Origin: Rubripirellula sp.
GTDB lineage: Bacteria; Planctomycetota; Planctomycetia; Pirellulales; Pirellulaceae
DNA: 64,000 bases
Assembly: GCA_965216875.1 (NCBI GenBank)
Contig: OZ244207.1
Coordinates: forward strand, 4,640,001 to 4,704,000
Direction of reading: 5' to 3'
In this document: positions 32,468 through 41,668 of the stretch, piece by piece
Layout: each line of letters starts with the position of its first letter
Numbering within the stretch: the stretch's first letter is position 1
Translations under genes and position numbers: made by a program
The notes under the pieces: model-generated
Database searches by the model: none
Seen by the model: the letters and a program-made list of their open reading frames with translations, nothing else
What the model was told of the DNA's origin: nothing

Positions 32468-34957
32468 ATGCTGTCACCTGTTCGCCTTTACCGACCCAGC
32501 GGCCACGAGCGTGTGGCAATCGTTTCGGTCGAGGCCGCGTATGGTGACGCTGGAAAGTGGCTCGTTCGCATCGCGTTGGGCGTGTCGTCGGATAAGTTGC
32601 ACACGGGCACAACCCTTGGACCCTTTGCTGATTCCGAGCTCGAGGCACGTTTTGCCGAAACCGTAAAGGAACTTCGCGATCAGGGCTTTGGCGAAGGGAC
32701 ACGTGAAGACTGGTCCGTCCTCCTTGGTGATGCCGATGCACGCGTGCGGGCAAGGACAGCGCAACGCATCGGTTGGCGGCAAGACCGCAAGTATGTCGAC
32801 ACCTTGCTCGCACGATTACCTCTCGCTGTCGACGACCTTTGTTCGATCGTTGATGCGTTGGGCGCGATCGGTGATCCGAAAGCGGTCGACGCTGTCAAAG
32901 AAATCGCCCAACGGAAACTTCTCTCACGACGACGAAGCGGTGTCGAGGCACTGCGAAACCTCGGCGACGCAGCCGTGCTCGACCAGGTTCTTTTGGGAAC
33001 CTTCCAAGCTTTATCTCCAACCATCCAATCGGCACTTGATCAATCGATCCCAGATGTGGGCACGATCGCAGATGCGATTCGAAGCGTCGAATCGAAACGA
33101 CTCGCCTTCACTCTCGACCAAGTTTACGAACTCAATCGTCCCGTCGCCAACGAAGCGATTCGGTCCATCATCGTCGACATGAACTTTGATCAACCGTTTG
33201 TCTGGCGGTATATCAAAAGCATCTTCAAGCGTTCAATGCTTCGACACGACCCTGTCATGTTTGGCTGGCTCGCCTACAAGATCGAAGCCAAGGGACGGTT
33301 GACCACCGGGCGTTCCGAAGCGGTCAAGTCGGGTTACGACGGCGTCGAGCGGACGACATTGGTTTTTGGTCGACGAACCCAGCGATACGTTCGGCGTTCT
33401 GCTTGGCGGTACCTGCGAAACCTTGCCCGCTACCGTCCGCACCTCTACACCGAAGCCGCAGCCGAAGCGGTTGTTCCGTACGTGGTGCAAGACGGCCGCC
33501 AACCGCGCGGCTTGTACGGTCAATTCTCGGACTGCTACCTGCTACATCGAGTTCTTTTGAACGGGTCGTCACGATTTAGCTACGACGATCGGCGGATGCG
33601 ATTTCGCTTCCGCAATGCGCTCTCGCATCAAACCCCCGATCAGACTCGCGAAGAAGCGTTCCCACATCTATGGGATCGCTACCCCAAGCCCTACTTGCGA
33701 GTCCTCGGCGCAGCCTCGCTCGAACTCGCGCAGACCTTTGCCCGAGATGGTTTCGCTCGTCACGGCGACCTCCTGACGACCGCTTCCAACGATGAATTGA
33801 TTCGGCTGCTCGAGGGCAACAACGAAGAAGTCCTGGGACTGGTCCTAAATGAAATTGAATCGCGATTTGATCCCAATGCACCGAACTGGGCCTTGATGGA
33901 CCGTTGCGTCGGGGATGAGCGGGAAAGCGTGCTTGTCCGTGCACGATCGTGGATTGAACAGTCCCACTCCGCTTGGACCGCCGATCATCATCGTACCCTC
34001 CGTTACCTTGGTTGCCGCGATCGTCAATTGCGCGAGATCGTGATCGCGAGAACGATCGATTGCCTCTCAAGGGATGAAGCGTCGAGACGTGGTTTCGTTG
34101 ATCGAATCCTGCCGTTGATGCGAGAACCCGAAACGCAAGGACTGGAGGCTGTCGGGCGAGTTGCTCGGGAGTGCTTGACCGCGGAACTAAGTCAGCGGCT
34201 GTCGCAAACCGAGCTGCTTGCGATGATCTTCACCGCTTCGCCGTCGATCCAGGCGGTTGCAGCGCATGTCTTTTGCCTGAACGATTCTTCGTCCGTGACC
34301 CTTGAGCAGATCTTCAGCATCGCGTCACACGACGTTGCTGCGGTACGAAAAGCCGCGCACGATCTGATGGCAAGGCAAACCAATCGGCTTAAGAGTGACC
34401 CTGACACACTCTTCATGATGCTTGAAAGTCGCTGGCCCGATTCACGCTTAATCGCTAAACAGTTCTTGGAGAAACACATCGATTGGTCGGAAGCGAGTTT
34501 TGATCGAGTGATGGGGCTGCTCGATTCAAACTTGGTCGATGTACAGGATTTCGGCCAAGAGATAGTTCAGCAGCAGTGGCAGCAGCTTGATCCAGTGCTG
34601 TTGGTCAATCGACTTTGCGAACACCATGACCAAAACATGCGTCGCTTCGCTTTTGGACTCGCCCAGAACCATCTTCCCGAAGGCGCCGATGCTCTTGAAT
34701 CGATCGAGCACTTCGTTCGCGTCGTGATCATGGAGATCCATCCTGACCAAAAGACACGCGACCAATTGATCGCATTTCTCGTCCAGCGCGGCCTGCAGGA
34801 TGCAGAACAGGCCGCCATTGCGAGTCGCTACCTCGAGATGATCTTGCCCACTCAAGGGCAAAGAGTGTTCGAGAGGGTGCTTGCCGGAATGACAAGGCTC
34901 AAGTTGCGTTGGCCCCAACTTGAATTGCCATTCAATTTGCAGGAGTCGGCATCGTGA
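32468..34957 (+). CDS. Large HEAT/ARM-repeat protein
   Basis: PBS-lyase-like HEAT units (DADARVRARTAQRIG, IVDALGAIGDPKAV, GVEALRNLGD); helical Leu-rich sequence; stop overlaps the next start (GTGA). Confidence 0.8.
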   Translation: MLSPVRLYRPSGHERVAIVSVEAAYGDAGKWLVRIALGVSSDKLHTGTTLGPFADSELEARFAETVKELRDQGFGEGTREDWSVLLGDADARVRARTAQRIGWRQDRKYVDTLLARLPLAVDDLCSIVDALGAIGDPKAVDAVKEIAQRKLLSRRRSGVEALRNLGDAAVLDQVLLGTFQALSPTIQSALDQSIPDVGTIADAIRSVESKRLAFTLDQVYELNRPVANEAIRSIIVDMNFDQPFVWRYIKSIFKRSMLRHDPVMFGWLAYKIEAKGRLTTGRSEAVKSGYDGVERTTLVFGRRTQRYVRRSAWRYLRNLARYRPHLYTEAAAEAVVPYVVQDGRQPRGLYGQFSDCYLLHRVLLNGSSRFSYDDRRMRFRFRNALSHQTPDQTREEAFPHLWDRYPKPYLRVLGAASLELAQTFARDGFARHGDLLTTASNDELIRLLEGNNEEVLGLVLNEIESRFDPNAPNWALMDRCVGDERESVLVRARSWIEQSHSAWTADHHRTLRYLGCRDRQLREIVIARTIDCLSRDEASRRGFVDRILPLMREPETQGLEAVGRVARECLTAELSQRLSQTELLAMIFTASPSIQAVAAHVFCLNDSSSVTLEQIFSIASHDVAAVRKAAHDLMARQTNRLKSDPDTLFMMLESRWPDSRLIAKQFLEKHIDWSEASFDRVMGLLDSNLVDVQDFGQEIVQQQWQQLDPVLLVNRLCEHHDQNMRRFAFGLAQNHLPEGADALESIEHFVRVVIMEIHPDQKTRDQLIAFLVQRGLQDAEQAAIASRYLEMILPTQGQRVFERVLAGMTRLKLRWPQLELPFNLQESAS

Positions 34958-36627
34958 TTTTTGAGGCGAAGTACGGCGGCCGCAGCGCAATCGTCAACGG
35001 CTTGCAACAAGGCGATGTCCGGTTTGCAACCAACCTACTGCGTGAAACGACGTACTTTGAAGGCAACCTGCTAAAACCACTCGCGTTTCGCGAAGCGCTT
35101 GCCGCACTTTATCAAGTCGTCGTCAGCGACTTTAAGTATCGCCCGAAGGACCGGTTCGAATTCCAAGAATGGCTCAAAAAACAGGATGATCAATTCCTGG
35201 CCGGATTGGCTGGTTCAACCGAAGCCACGCGTGAGAAACTGCAAACACTTGAGTCACGCAAAACGGTTCTTGACGATGCGCGCCGCAATCGACTGCGTCC
35301 CTTCTACCGCGCGCGACGAGAGTTTTTCGAGCACATCTATCACAATGAATATGAGTTGATGATGTTGCTCGATCCGGTGATCACAGTGCACCCGGACGAG
35401 CTTTCGTTTGAAGCCTTTTCGAAAGACGAAAGCACCTACGCGAGGCTTTCGACTGGCTACGATCTGTTTGGCAACGTTGGCGACTTTCAATGCGGAACGA
35501 CCAACATTGACTTCAGCTTGCAGCTGCACAATGAACTCCAACGAATGCGTAGCTACCGTCGCACTCACTTCACCGTCAATCCGAGTGGACTCACGGTACT
35601 CGACCAAGACTCAGGACACATCGTCCAGGAAAAGAAGATCGACCTTCCCGACTCGTGGATGAAGGGTTTTCTTCAGGTCCATGCCGTGATGGCGATGAGT
35701 TTGACACATGTGCGAATGAAACCGGTCGACCTCTACAACCTCTGCCGTTTCCTTCGCCGCCACCGGGCAAAGGAATCGCCGCGATCGATCCGCTATGAAC
35801 TCGAACCTGGACGGCGCGGGCGATTGGTCCTCGAACCGTGGGACCATGAAATCGAATTGTCGACCGTTTACGAGGGGAGCAAACCCGAATCGATTCGCAC
35901 CTGGGGACGGGACCGACTGCGGACGCTGGAAAAACTGATCCCCGTTTGCGACCAAGTCGACGTCTACCTGGCCGGCTATGGGATGCCAAGTTTTTACGTG
36001 CTGCGGATGGGGGCAATCGTTTTCACCCTCGGATTGTCGGGCTGGACGGACAACGACTGGACCGGCGGCACAAGCTTTGAACAGCTCACTCGGCGCGTCG
36101 ATGTTGATGGACCACAGTTATTCCAAATCTACGAATCGCTTCGAGAGAAACGATTCGCAAACGAACAGGACTTGGCGGCGAAGACTTCACTTAGCATCGA
36201 GCAATGTCGATCCGGCGCATCCATGTTGTGCCAAGCGGGACGGGCCATGTTCGATTTGGCATCGAACGTTTTTCGACACCGTGACCTACTCCATTCGCCG
36301 TTCGATCTTCAGGCAGCCAACCGCACCGTTCAACGAGCGGTCGACGAAGCCAATCCAAATGCAAAGGCAGCCCAACAGATTTACGAAGTTGGCAATGCAC
36401 GATTGATCGCACGTCGCCCCGTCCAGACAGGATGGAAACTCTCAGGCAGCGTCAAAGGATCAGACCAACAACGTGTTCGTCCTTTGTTGCACGTTGATCA
36501 CGAAGGCAAAATCATTGAAGCAACGTGCACGTGTCGCAACTTCAAAGAGTCAAAGTTAACCAAAGGCCCCTGTGAACACATGCTCGCGTTAAGATTGGTT
36601 CACATGGCCCGCTTGGAAGCAGAATAA
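34954..36627 (+). CDS. SWIM zinc-finger protein
   Basis: C-terminal CTC...GPCEH SWIM motif; 4-bp overlap with the upstream gene. Confidence 0.85.
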   Translation: MIFEAKYGGRSAIVNGLQQGDVRFATNLLRETTYFEGNLLKPLAFREALAALYQVVVSDFKYRPKDRFEFQEWLKKQDDQFLAGLAGSTEATREKLQTLESRKTVLDDARRNRLRPFYRARREFFEHIYHNEYELMMLLDPVITVHPDELSFEAFSKDESTYARLSTGYDLFGNVGDFQCGTTNIDFSLQLHNELQRMRSYRRTHFTVNPSGLTVLDQDSGHIVQEKKIDLPDSWMKGFLQVHAVMAMSLTHVRMKPVDLYNLCRFLRRHRAKESPRSIRYELEPGRRGRLVLEPWDHEIELSTVYEGSKPESIRTWGRDRLRTLEKLIPVCDQVDVYLAGYGMPSFYVLRMGAIVFTLGLSGWTDNDWTGGTSFEQLTRRVDVDGPQLFQIYESLREKRFANEQDLAAKTSLSIEQCRSGASMLCQAGRAMFDLASNVFRHRDLLHSPFDLQAANRTVQRAVDEANPNAKAAQQIYEVGNARLIARRPVQTGWKLSGSVKGSDQQRVRPLLHVDHEGKIIEATCTCRNFKESKLTKGPCEHMLALRLVHMARLEAE

Positions 36628-36636
36628 GAACATGAA

Positions 36637-36897
36637 GATAGAAACGGAAAGGGAAGGGGAGTTTGGTTACGAGGCTTAGCAACCCGTCTGGTGATACGCC
36701 AGACATGGCACCGTGCTCTCCATTGTTCACGTGTCCGGTCGCCACCCACGACAAACGACTGGTCCGGCCGACGCTGGGTAGGAACCACAGGTTCCCGCCG
36801 GCCATCGGACCAGATCGTTTGTCGTTTTAGTTGACCGGCCACGTCCCGAGGCTGTACGTAAACCCGAGCCGACTCCTCTTTCCTTTCCGTTTCTGTC
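36637..36897 (+). ncRNA. Retron msr/msd non-coding RNA
   Basis: 27-bp terminal inverted repeat 36637-36663/36871-36897 (4 G-U); short hairpin 36686-36704; long imperfect hairpin 36729-36844; directly 5' of a retron RT. Confidence 0.85.
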
Positions 36898-36913
36898 GAT
36901 CGCTCGACCAATT

Positions 36914-38308
36914 TTGGATGCAATCGTGGCTGACAGCGAAAAGGCCAAACTCTATCAACGTGTCACTCAGGCTCCTGATTGGTGGGTGCTCGAACGGATG
37001 CAACTGCATGGGTACTGGCCTGAACATGAAGGCCTGCCCCCCGATCCGCCGGACGAGCTTGCCGAGCGACAACAGCTCGAAAAGGAGATCGCGCAGCTTC
37101 GCGAACAAGATTCTGTCAACATTGATCCTGACGAAGCGCTCAAACAAGAGCGTGTCCGGAGGTTGAAGGAAAGTCGCGAACGACGCGAGCAGCGCAAAAA
37201 AGAGCGGGCCCAACAAGCGGCTGCGCGGCGTGAACGGTGGCTGACCACGGCAGAGACCACCATCGTTCATGCGGGAGACGGGCACAGCGCCGGCTTGCAA
37301 CAAACGTTGTCAGACACCGCCCGGCTCGAGCGACTCGGGCTCCCAACATTGCATCGCAGCGAAGAACTTGCGGACGCAATGGGAATCGAATTGGCGACAT
37401 TGCGATGGCTAACGTTTCATCGACGCGGCGCAGCTCTGGTTCACTATCGACGCTACGACATCGACAAAAAGACCGGGGGCGTGCGCAACATTTCGGCACC
37501 GCGTCCGGCAATCGCAAGTGCACAACGCTGGGTTCTTGAAAACGTCTTGAGCCCACTCGATACATCCGACGCTGCTCACGGTTTTGTCAAGCAACGAAAC
37601 ATCGTTTCCAATGCCGCGCCCCATACCGGCCAGAAGATCGTGATCAACATGGATATGGAAAACTTCTTTCCATCAATCACGTTTCGTCGGGTGAAGGGAC
37701 TTTTTTGCCAGCTTGGTTACAGCGAACATCTCGCCGTCGTAATGGCGCTCCTTTGCACCGAGCCACCAAGAGTCGCGGTGGAACACGCCGGAAAAGTCAT
37801 GCACGTTGCAATTGGCGATCGCGTGCTGCCGCAAGGCGCCTGTACGAGCCCCGCGATCACGAACTTGATTTGCCGAAAACTTGACGCTCGTTTGCAGGGA
37901 TTCAGCGAGAAAGTCGGATTCGCCTACACGAGGTATGCCGACGATCTGACATTCTCCGGTAACGACTCGTCCAAAGTGGGCAAAGTCTTGCGGATGTCGC
38001 GACAGGTCCTGAGCGATGAGGGCTTTAAGGAACACCCAACCAAAACGCGCATCATGCGCCGCGGTCGCCGGCAAGAAGTGACGGGGGTCGTCGTCAACGA
38101 AAAGCCTGCAGTAGGACGTCGCGAGTATCGGCGATTGCGAGCGATCTTGCACAACGCCGCCAAACACGGGTTGGAAAGTCAGAACCGATCGAATCATCCC
38201 GCCTTTGCCGAACACCTTCGCGGCCAAGTCGCTTTCGTGCAAATGATTGACCCGGCAAAGGGGGACAAGTTGAAAGCGGACTTGGACAAAGTTCTCGGCG
38301 CACGTTAG
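36914..38308 (+). CDS. Retron-type reverse transcriptase (Mx162-like, long N-terminal extension)
   Basis: NAAPH (region X, NAxxH), FFPSI, LPQGACTSP, YTRYADDLTFS, EVTGVVVN (region Y, VTG); start may be GTG at 36926. Confidence 0.95.
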   Translation: MDAIVADSEKAKLYQRVTQAPDWWVLERMQLHGYWPEHEGLPPDPPDELAERQQLEKEIAQLREQDSVNIDPDEALKQERVRRLKESRERREQRKKERAQQAAARRERWLTTAETTIVHAGDGHSAGLQQTLSDTARLERLGLPTLHRSEELADAMGIELATLRWLTFHRRGAALVHYRRYDIDKKTGGVRNISAPRPAIASAQRWVLENVLSPLDTSDAAHGFVKQRNIVSNAAPHTGQKIVINMDMENFFPSITFRRVKGLFCQLGYSEHLAVVMALLCTEPPRVAVEHAGKVMHVAIGDRVLPQGACTSPAITNLICRKLDARLQGFSEKVGFAYTRYADDLTFSGNDSSKVGKVLRMSRQVLSDEGFKEHPTKTRIMRRGRRQEVTGVVVNEKPAVGRREYRRLRAILHNAAKHGLESQNRSNHPAFAEHLRGQVAFVQMIDPAKGDKLKADLDKVLGAR

Positions 38309-38333
38309 CCAGCCACCACAGTCGAGGTGGTGT

Positions 38334-39428
38334 CTAGTCGAACAGCCCAGGTTGATTTTGAGGCTTTGCACCGTCGCCTTGCTCGTCCTGCGCTGTCGTT
38401 TCGGGCGTCGCCGATTGACCGGTTGGTTCAGTTGGATTGACCGGTAGGCGAGTCTTTGTGGGACGCGACGGCGGCGCTGCCGGCGTCGGCTCGGATGCCC
38501 TCACATCAAGCAAGGCGTCGATGGCGGGATCCAAAAGATCGCGACGGGCAATGCCTTGTAGCCATTGTTCAGGCATTCCGCGCGTTCCCCAATATGCCCC
38601 AGCGATCTGTCCGCAAACGGCGCCGGTCGTGTCAGCATCATCACCGAGATTCACCGCATCCAGCACCGCTTCGCGAAACGTGTCTGCTTTGTGAAACGCC
38701 CACAACGAGGCTTCCAAGCTATGAACGACGTAACCTGACCCTCGAATCTCAGGGGGCTGTCGGACACGAAAACTCCCCTCAGCAATCTCATCAATCGCTG
38801 GATGCAGCGGCTCAAGATCGCGAATCGCTTGCAGCGGTCCCCACGTCGGCGACAGCACTTCATCGCGCGGAACTCCCTTGATCAACCCGCACACGATCAA
38901 TGTCATGTAGCGACAGGCCGATCGGCACTGGTCACTCGCATGCGTGGGAACGCTCGATTGATCCGCATACTGCATCAACACATCAAGATGATCCGGATAG
39001 AGATCAAGAAACCTCATCGGAATTGGCGCCAGCCGCATGATCGAGCCATTACCGCTTGAATAGTCATCGCGACTCGCACAGGACCAAGGGTCGCCTTCGC
39101 GATCGAACCTCGACAACGCGCTGCTGACGGTCATCCCAATGTCGAAACAACGACCGATGACACTGTATTGGCCCTCGCGGCGCCAGGCGATGTAGCGTTT
39201 CAATTGGTCGGACAAGTCCCAACCACACTTGACGATACTGTCGGCAAGGGCGAGCGCCATGCTGGTATCGTCGGTCCACTCGCCTGGATCGAGTCCGTGT
39301 GGACCTCCGGCGCGAAACCCCGTCACAGGTGGAAAAGTTCCGGGCGCTTTGAACTCGACCGCTGCACCGAGCGCATCACCAATCGCCATGCCCAGGAATG
39401 TTCCACGTAACCGACTTTCTATGTACAT
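38334..39428 (-). CDS. ADP-ribosylglycohydrolase (DraG/ARH family)
   Basis: GMAIGDALG, WTDDT, GNGSIMR, GDDADTTGA motifs. Confidence 0.93.
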   Translation of the reverse strand: MYIESRLRGTFLGMAIGDALGAAVEFKAPGTFPPVTGFRAGGPHGLDPGEWTDDTSMALALADSIVKCGWDLSDQLKRYIAWRREGQYSVIGRCFDIGMTVSSALSRFDREGDPWSCASRDDYSSGNGSIMRLAPIPMRFLDLYPDHLDVLMQYADQSSVPTHASDQCRSACRYMTLIVCGLIKGVPRDEVLSPTWGPLQAIRDLEPLHPAIDEIAEGSFRVRQPPEIRGSGYVVHSLEASLWAFHKADTFREAVLDAVNLGDDADTTGAVCGQIAGAYWGTRGMPEQWLQGIARRDLLDPAIDALLDVRASEPTPAAPPSRPTKTRLPVNPTEPTGQSATPETTAQDEQGDGAKPQNQPGLFD

Positions 39429-39565
39429 GTGCCACCTTTCACCAGCGAATCGACGATCCTGGCCCGCATTCTACACTCCACTTGTCTGGCACATGACCCG
39501 TTCCAATCCAAGATGGGCTAGGATCTTGACCTGAAAGCTTTGGGAATTCATCAGGTTCATTGACC

Positions 39566-41449
39566 ATGCGGCAAGCAACTCAGACGCTCTTGCGTGACTT
39601 CAACAACGACCGCCTTCGACTGGTTGGTTGTGAAGTCTTTTTCAAACTCTTGACCATCGCGGTTCTCGGTCCGCTCACCGCTTGGATCGTCCTGCAACTG
39701 ATTTCGATGAGCGGTCATGCCGCGATCAGCAACGTCGACATCGCGGGATTCCTACTCTCACCCCTCGGGGTCATCACACTTGTCCTGTTCGTGGCGCTGG
39801 CATGGAGCGTCTTTTGCCTCGGCCAATCGGCTTTGCTTGCGATCCAACTTGGACGCCTCACTGGCACGCCGAAAAAAATGTCGACAGCATCCGCGATCGC
39901 GCTACGCCAACTCGTTCGAATCGTGGAACTGGCGATCGCATTCGTCGGAGTCTTCCTTGTCATTGCGGCTCCCTTCCTTGCCGTCGCTGGTTGGATCTAC
40001 ACGCAATACCTCTCCGAATTCGACATCAACTATTACCTTTCCGAGCGTCCGCCCGAGTTTCTGTGGTCGGTGGCAGCGGGAATCGTGTTGGCAGCAGGAC
40101 TCATCGCAGGTTGGTCGATCGTTTACGCAAGGACGCTGTTCTCGCTTCCCGAATGTGTACTCAATCAGAAACGGCCCATCGCAGCGATCAAGACGAGCAT
40201 TCGCCTTACAGAAGGCAAGACTTGGGGAATCTTCAAGACGCTGATCGGTTGGTGGTTGATTTACACCGCGATCGGCTTCGCTGGTGGGGTGGTGATCCAA
40301 TTGATCGAATCGGTGGCACTCTCTTCAGCGGGCGATTCGTTTTCGAGTGTCGCGATCGCCGTGGGCCTGCTGTTGGGACTCAACTTCCTTGGCACTGCCG
40401 TCCTTTCGATTTACGCCAACCTTTCGATTTCGCTGGTTGTTGGTCGCCTGTATTGGGCGAGTCTCGCCGAAACGAAACCGTTTACGTCCGATGAAGACGA
40501 ACGGGCTGTCGAGCTGCATCTACCGGCGCTCGCGACTTCTGACGAAGACACGCTTCCAGATTGGCTTCGCAAACGTATCCCGACGGTCTCGGCAAAGCGC
40601 ATCGGGTTGATTTCACTGATCCTGATCGCTGCCATCTCTGGCGGATGTACCGCACTTCTGCTCAGCACCGTTCAGTACGTTGACAAGGTCAAGGTCACGG
40701 CTCATCGCGGCAGCTCACGCGCAGCACCTGAAAACACCCTCGCAGCAATTCATCAAGCGATCGAAGACGGCGCCGACTACGCAGAAATCGACGTCCAAGA
40801 GACTGCCGACGGAGCCATCATCGTCACTCATGACGCCGACCTGATGCGCATCGCAGGTGTCAACAAAAGTCTTTGGGACGCGACCCTCGAGGAGATCCAG
40901 GAGGTTGATGCCGGAAGTTGGTTTGATCCCAAGTTTTCGGACGAACGGATTCCAACCTTGCAAGAAGTGATTGCGGTGAGCCGGAACAAAATCAAACTCA
41001 ACGTCGAACTTAAGTTCAATGGGCATTCGGTCGACCTCGTCCGGCGCACGATGAAGGTCATCGACGACGCCGACTTTGCCGACTCCACCGTCATCAGCTC
41101 GCTCAAGCATTCCTCCCTTGATGAGGTCAAACGCATCGATCCCAATATGCGAGTTGGAGCGATCGTCGGCGCATCGATCGGTGACCTTTCTCAGTTGGAC
41201 GTCGACTTCATCAGCATCAACGCCCAAAGCCTTGACCCAACCTTGATCCGCAGTTCCCACCAACAGGGGAAAGAAGTTCACGTCTGGACCGTCAACGAGC
41301 TCGGCCAAATGTCCGACATGATCGAACTTGGAGTCGACAACATTTTGACGGACGAACCCAAGGTATTGGTCGAACTGTTGAAGGAACGCGAAGCATTGTC
41401 GGCGACCGAGCGACTGCTCCTCACGTTTCGGCGACTGCTGGCCTATTGA
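39566..41449 (+). CDS. Membrane-anchored glycerophosphodiester phosphodiesterase
   Basis: Multi-TM N-terminus; AHRG, PENT, EIDVQET, HD, ELK, WTVN motifs. Confidence 0.92.
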   Translation: MRQATQTLLRDFNNDRLRLVGCEVFFKLLTIAVLGPLTAWIVLQLISMSGHAAISNVDIAGFLLSPLGVITLVLFVALAWSVFCLGQSALLAIQLGRLTGTPKKMSTASAIALRQLVRIVELAIAFVGVFLVIAAPFLAVAGWIYTQYLSEFDINYYLSERPPEFLWSVAAGIVLAAGLIAGWSIVYARTLFSLPECVLNQKRPIAAIKTSIRLTEGKTWGIFKTLIGWWLIYTAIGFAGGVVIQLIESVALSSAGDSFSSVAIAVGLLLGLNFLGTAVLSIYANLSISLVVGRLYWASLAETKPFTSDEDERAVELHLPALATSDEDTLPDWLRKRIPTVSAKRIGLISLILIAAISGGCTALLLSTVQYVDKVKVTAHRGSSRAAPENTLAAIHQAIEDGADYAEIDVQETADGAIIVTHDADLMRIAGVNKSLWDATLEEIQEVDAGSWFDPKFSDERIPTLQEVIAVSRNKIKLNVELKFNGHSVDLVRRTMKVIDDADFADSTVISSLKHSSLDEVKRIDPNMRVGAIVGASIGDLSQLDVDFISINAQSLDPTLIRSSHQQGKEVHVWTVNELGQMSDMIELGVDNILTDEPKVLVELLKEREALSATERLLLTFRRLLAY

Positions 41450-41460
41450 GCTGGCAAAGT

Positions 41461-41582
41461 GTAGGCCGAATCAAGAAGCGACGGCGACGCGGATCCGGCA
41501 CTGCCCCCCAGCCGCTGAGCGATAGCTCGCGGTTTTAAACGTCGACCAACAGTTGAAAACCGCACGCTATCGCGTTGCGGCT
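41461..41582. repeat. REP-like palindromes (GTAGGCCG... and AGCCGC...GCGGCT inverted pair)
   Basis: GTAG start; GCGATAGC..GCGGTTTT / AAAACCGC..GCTATCGC arms. Confidence 0.55.
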
Positions 41583-41668
41583 GATGGGATGCCAGCAATT
41601 TCGGTTTCACGCAACGTGAGTCCGCAGAATCGGCTCAACCATCCAGGTCATTTGGTCGATATGACTAC

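Noticed and set aside
36542..36948. Short ORFs overlapping the SWIM-RT gap
   Set aside because: No protein-like features; the region is better explained as structured RNA
36914..38308. Group II intron or DGR reverse transcriptase
   Set aside because: It has retron-specific NAxxH and VTG motifs plus an upstream a1/a2 RNA; no maturase/endonuclease domain or TR/VR pair was seen
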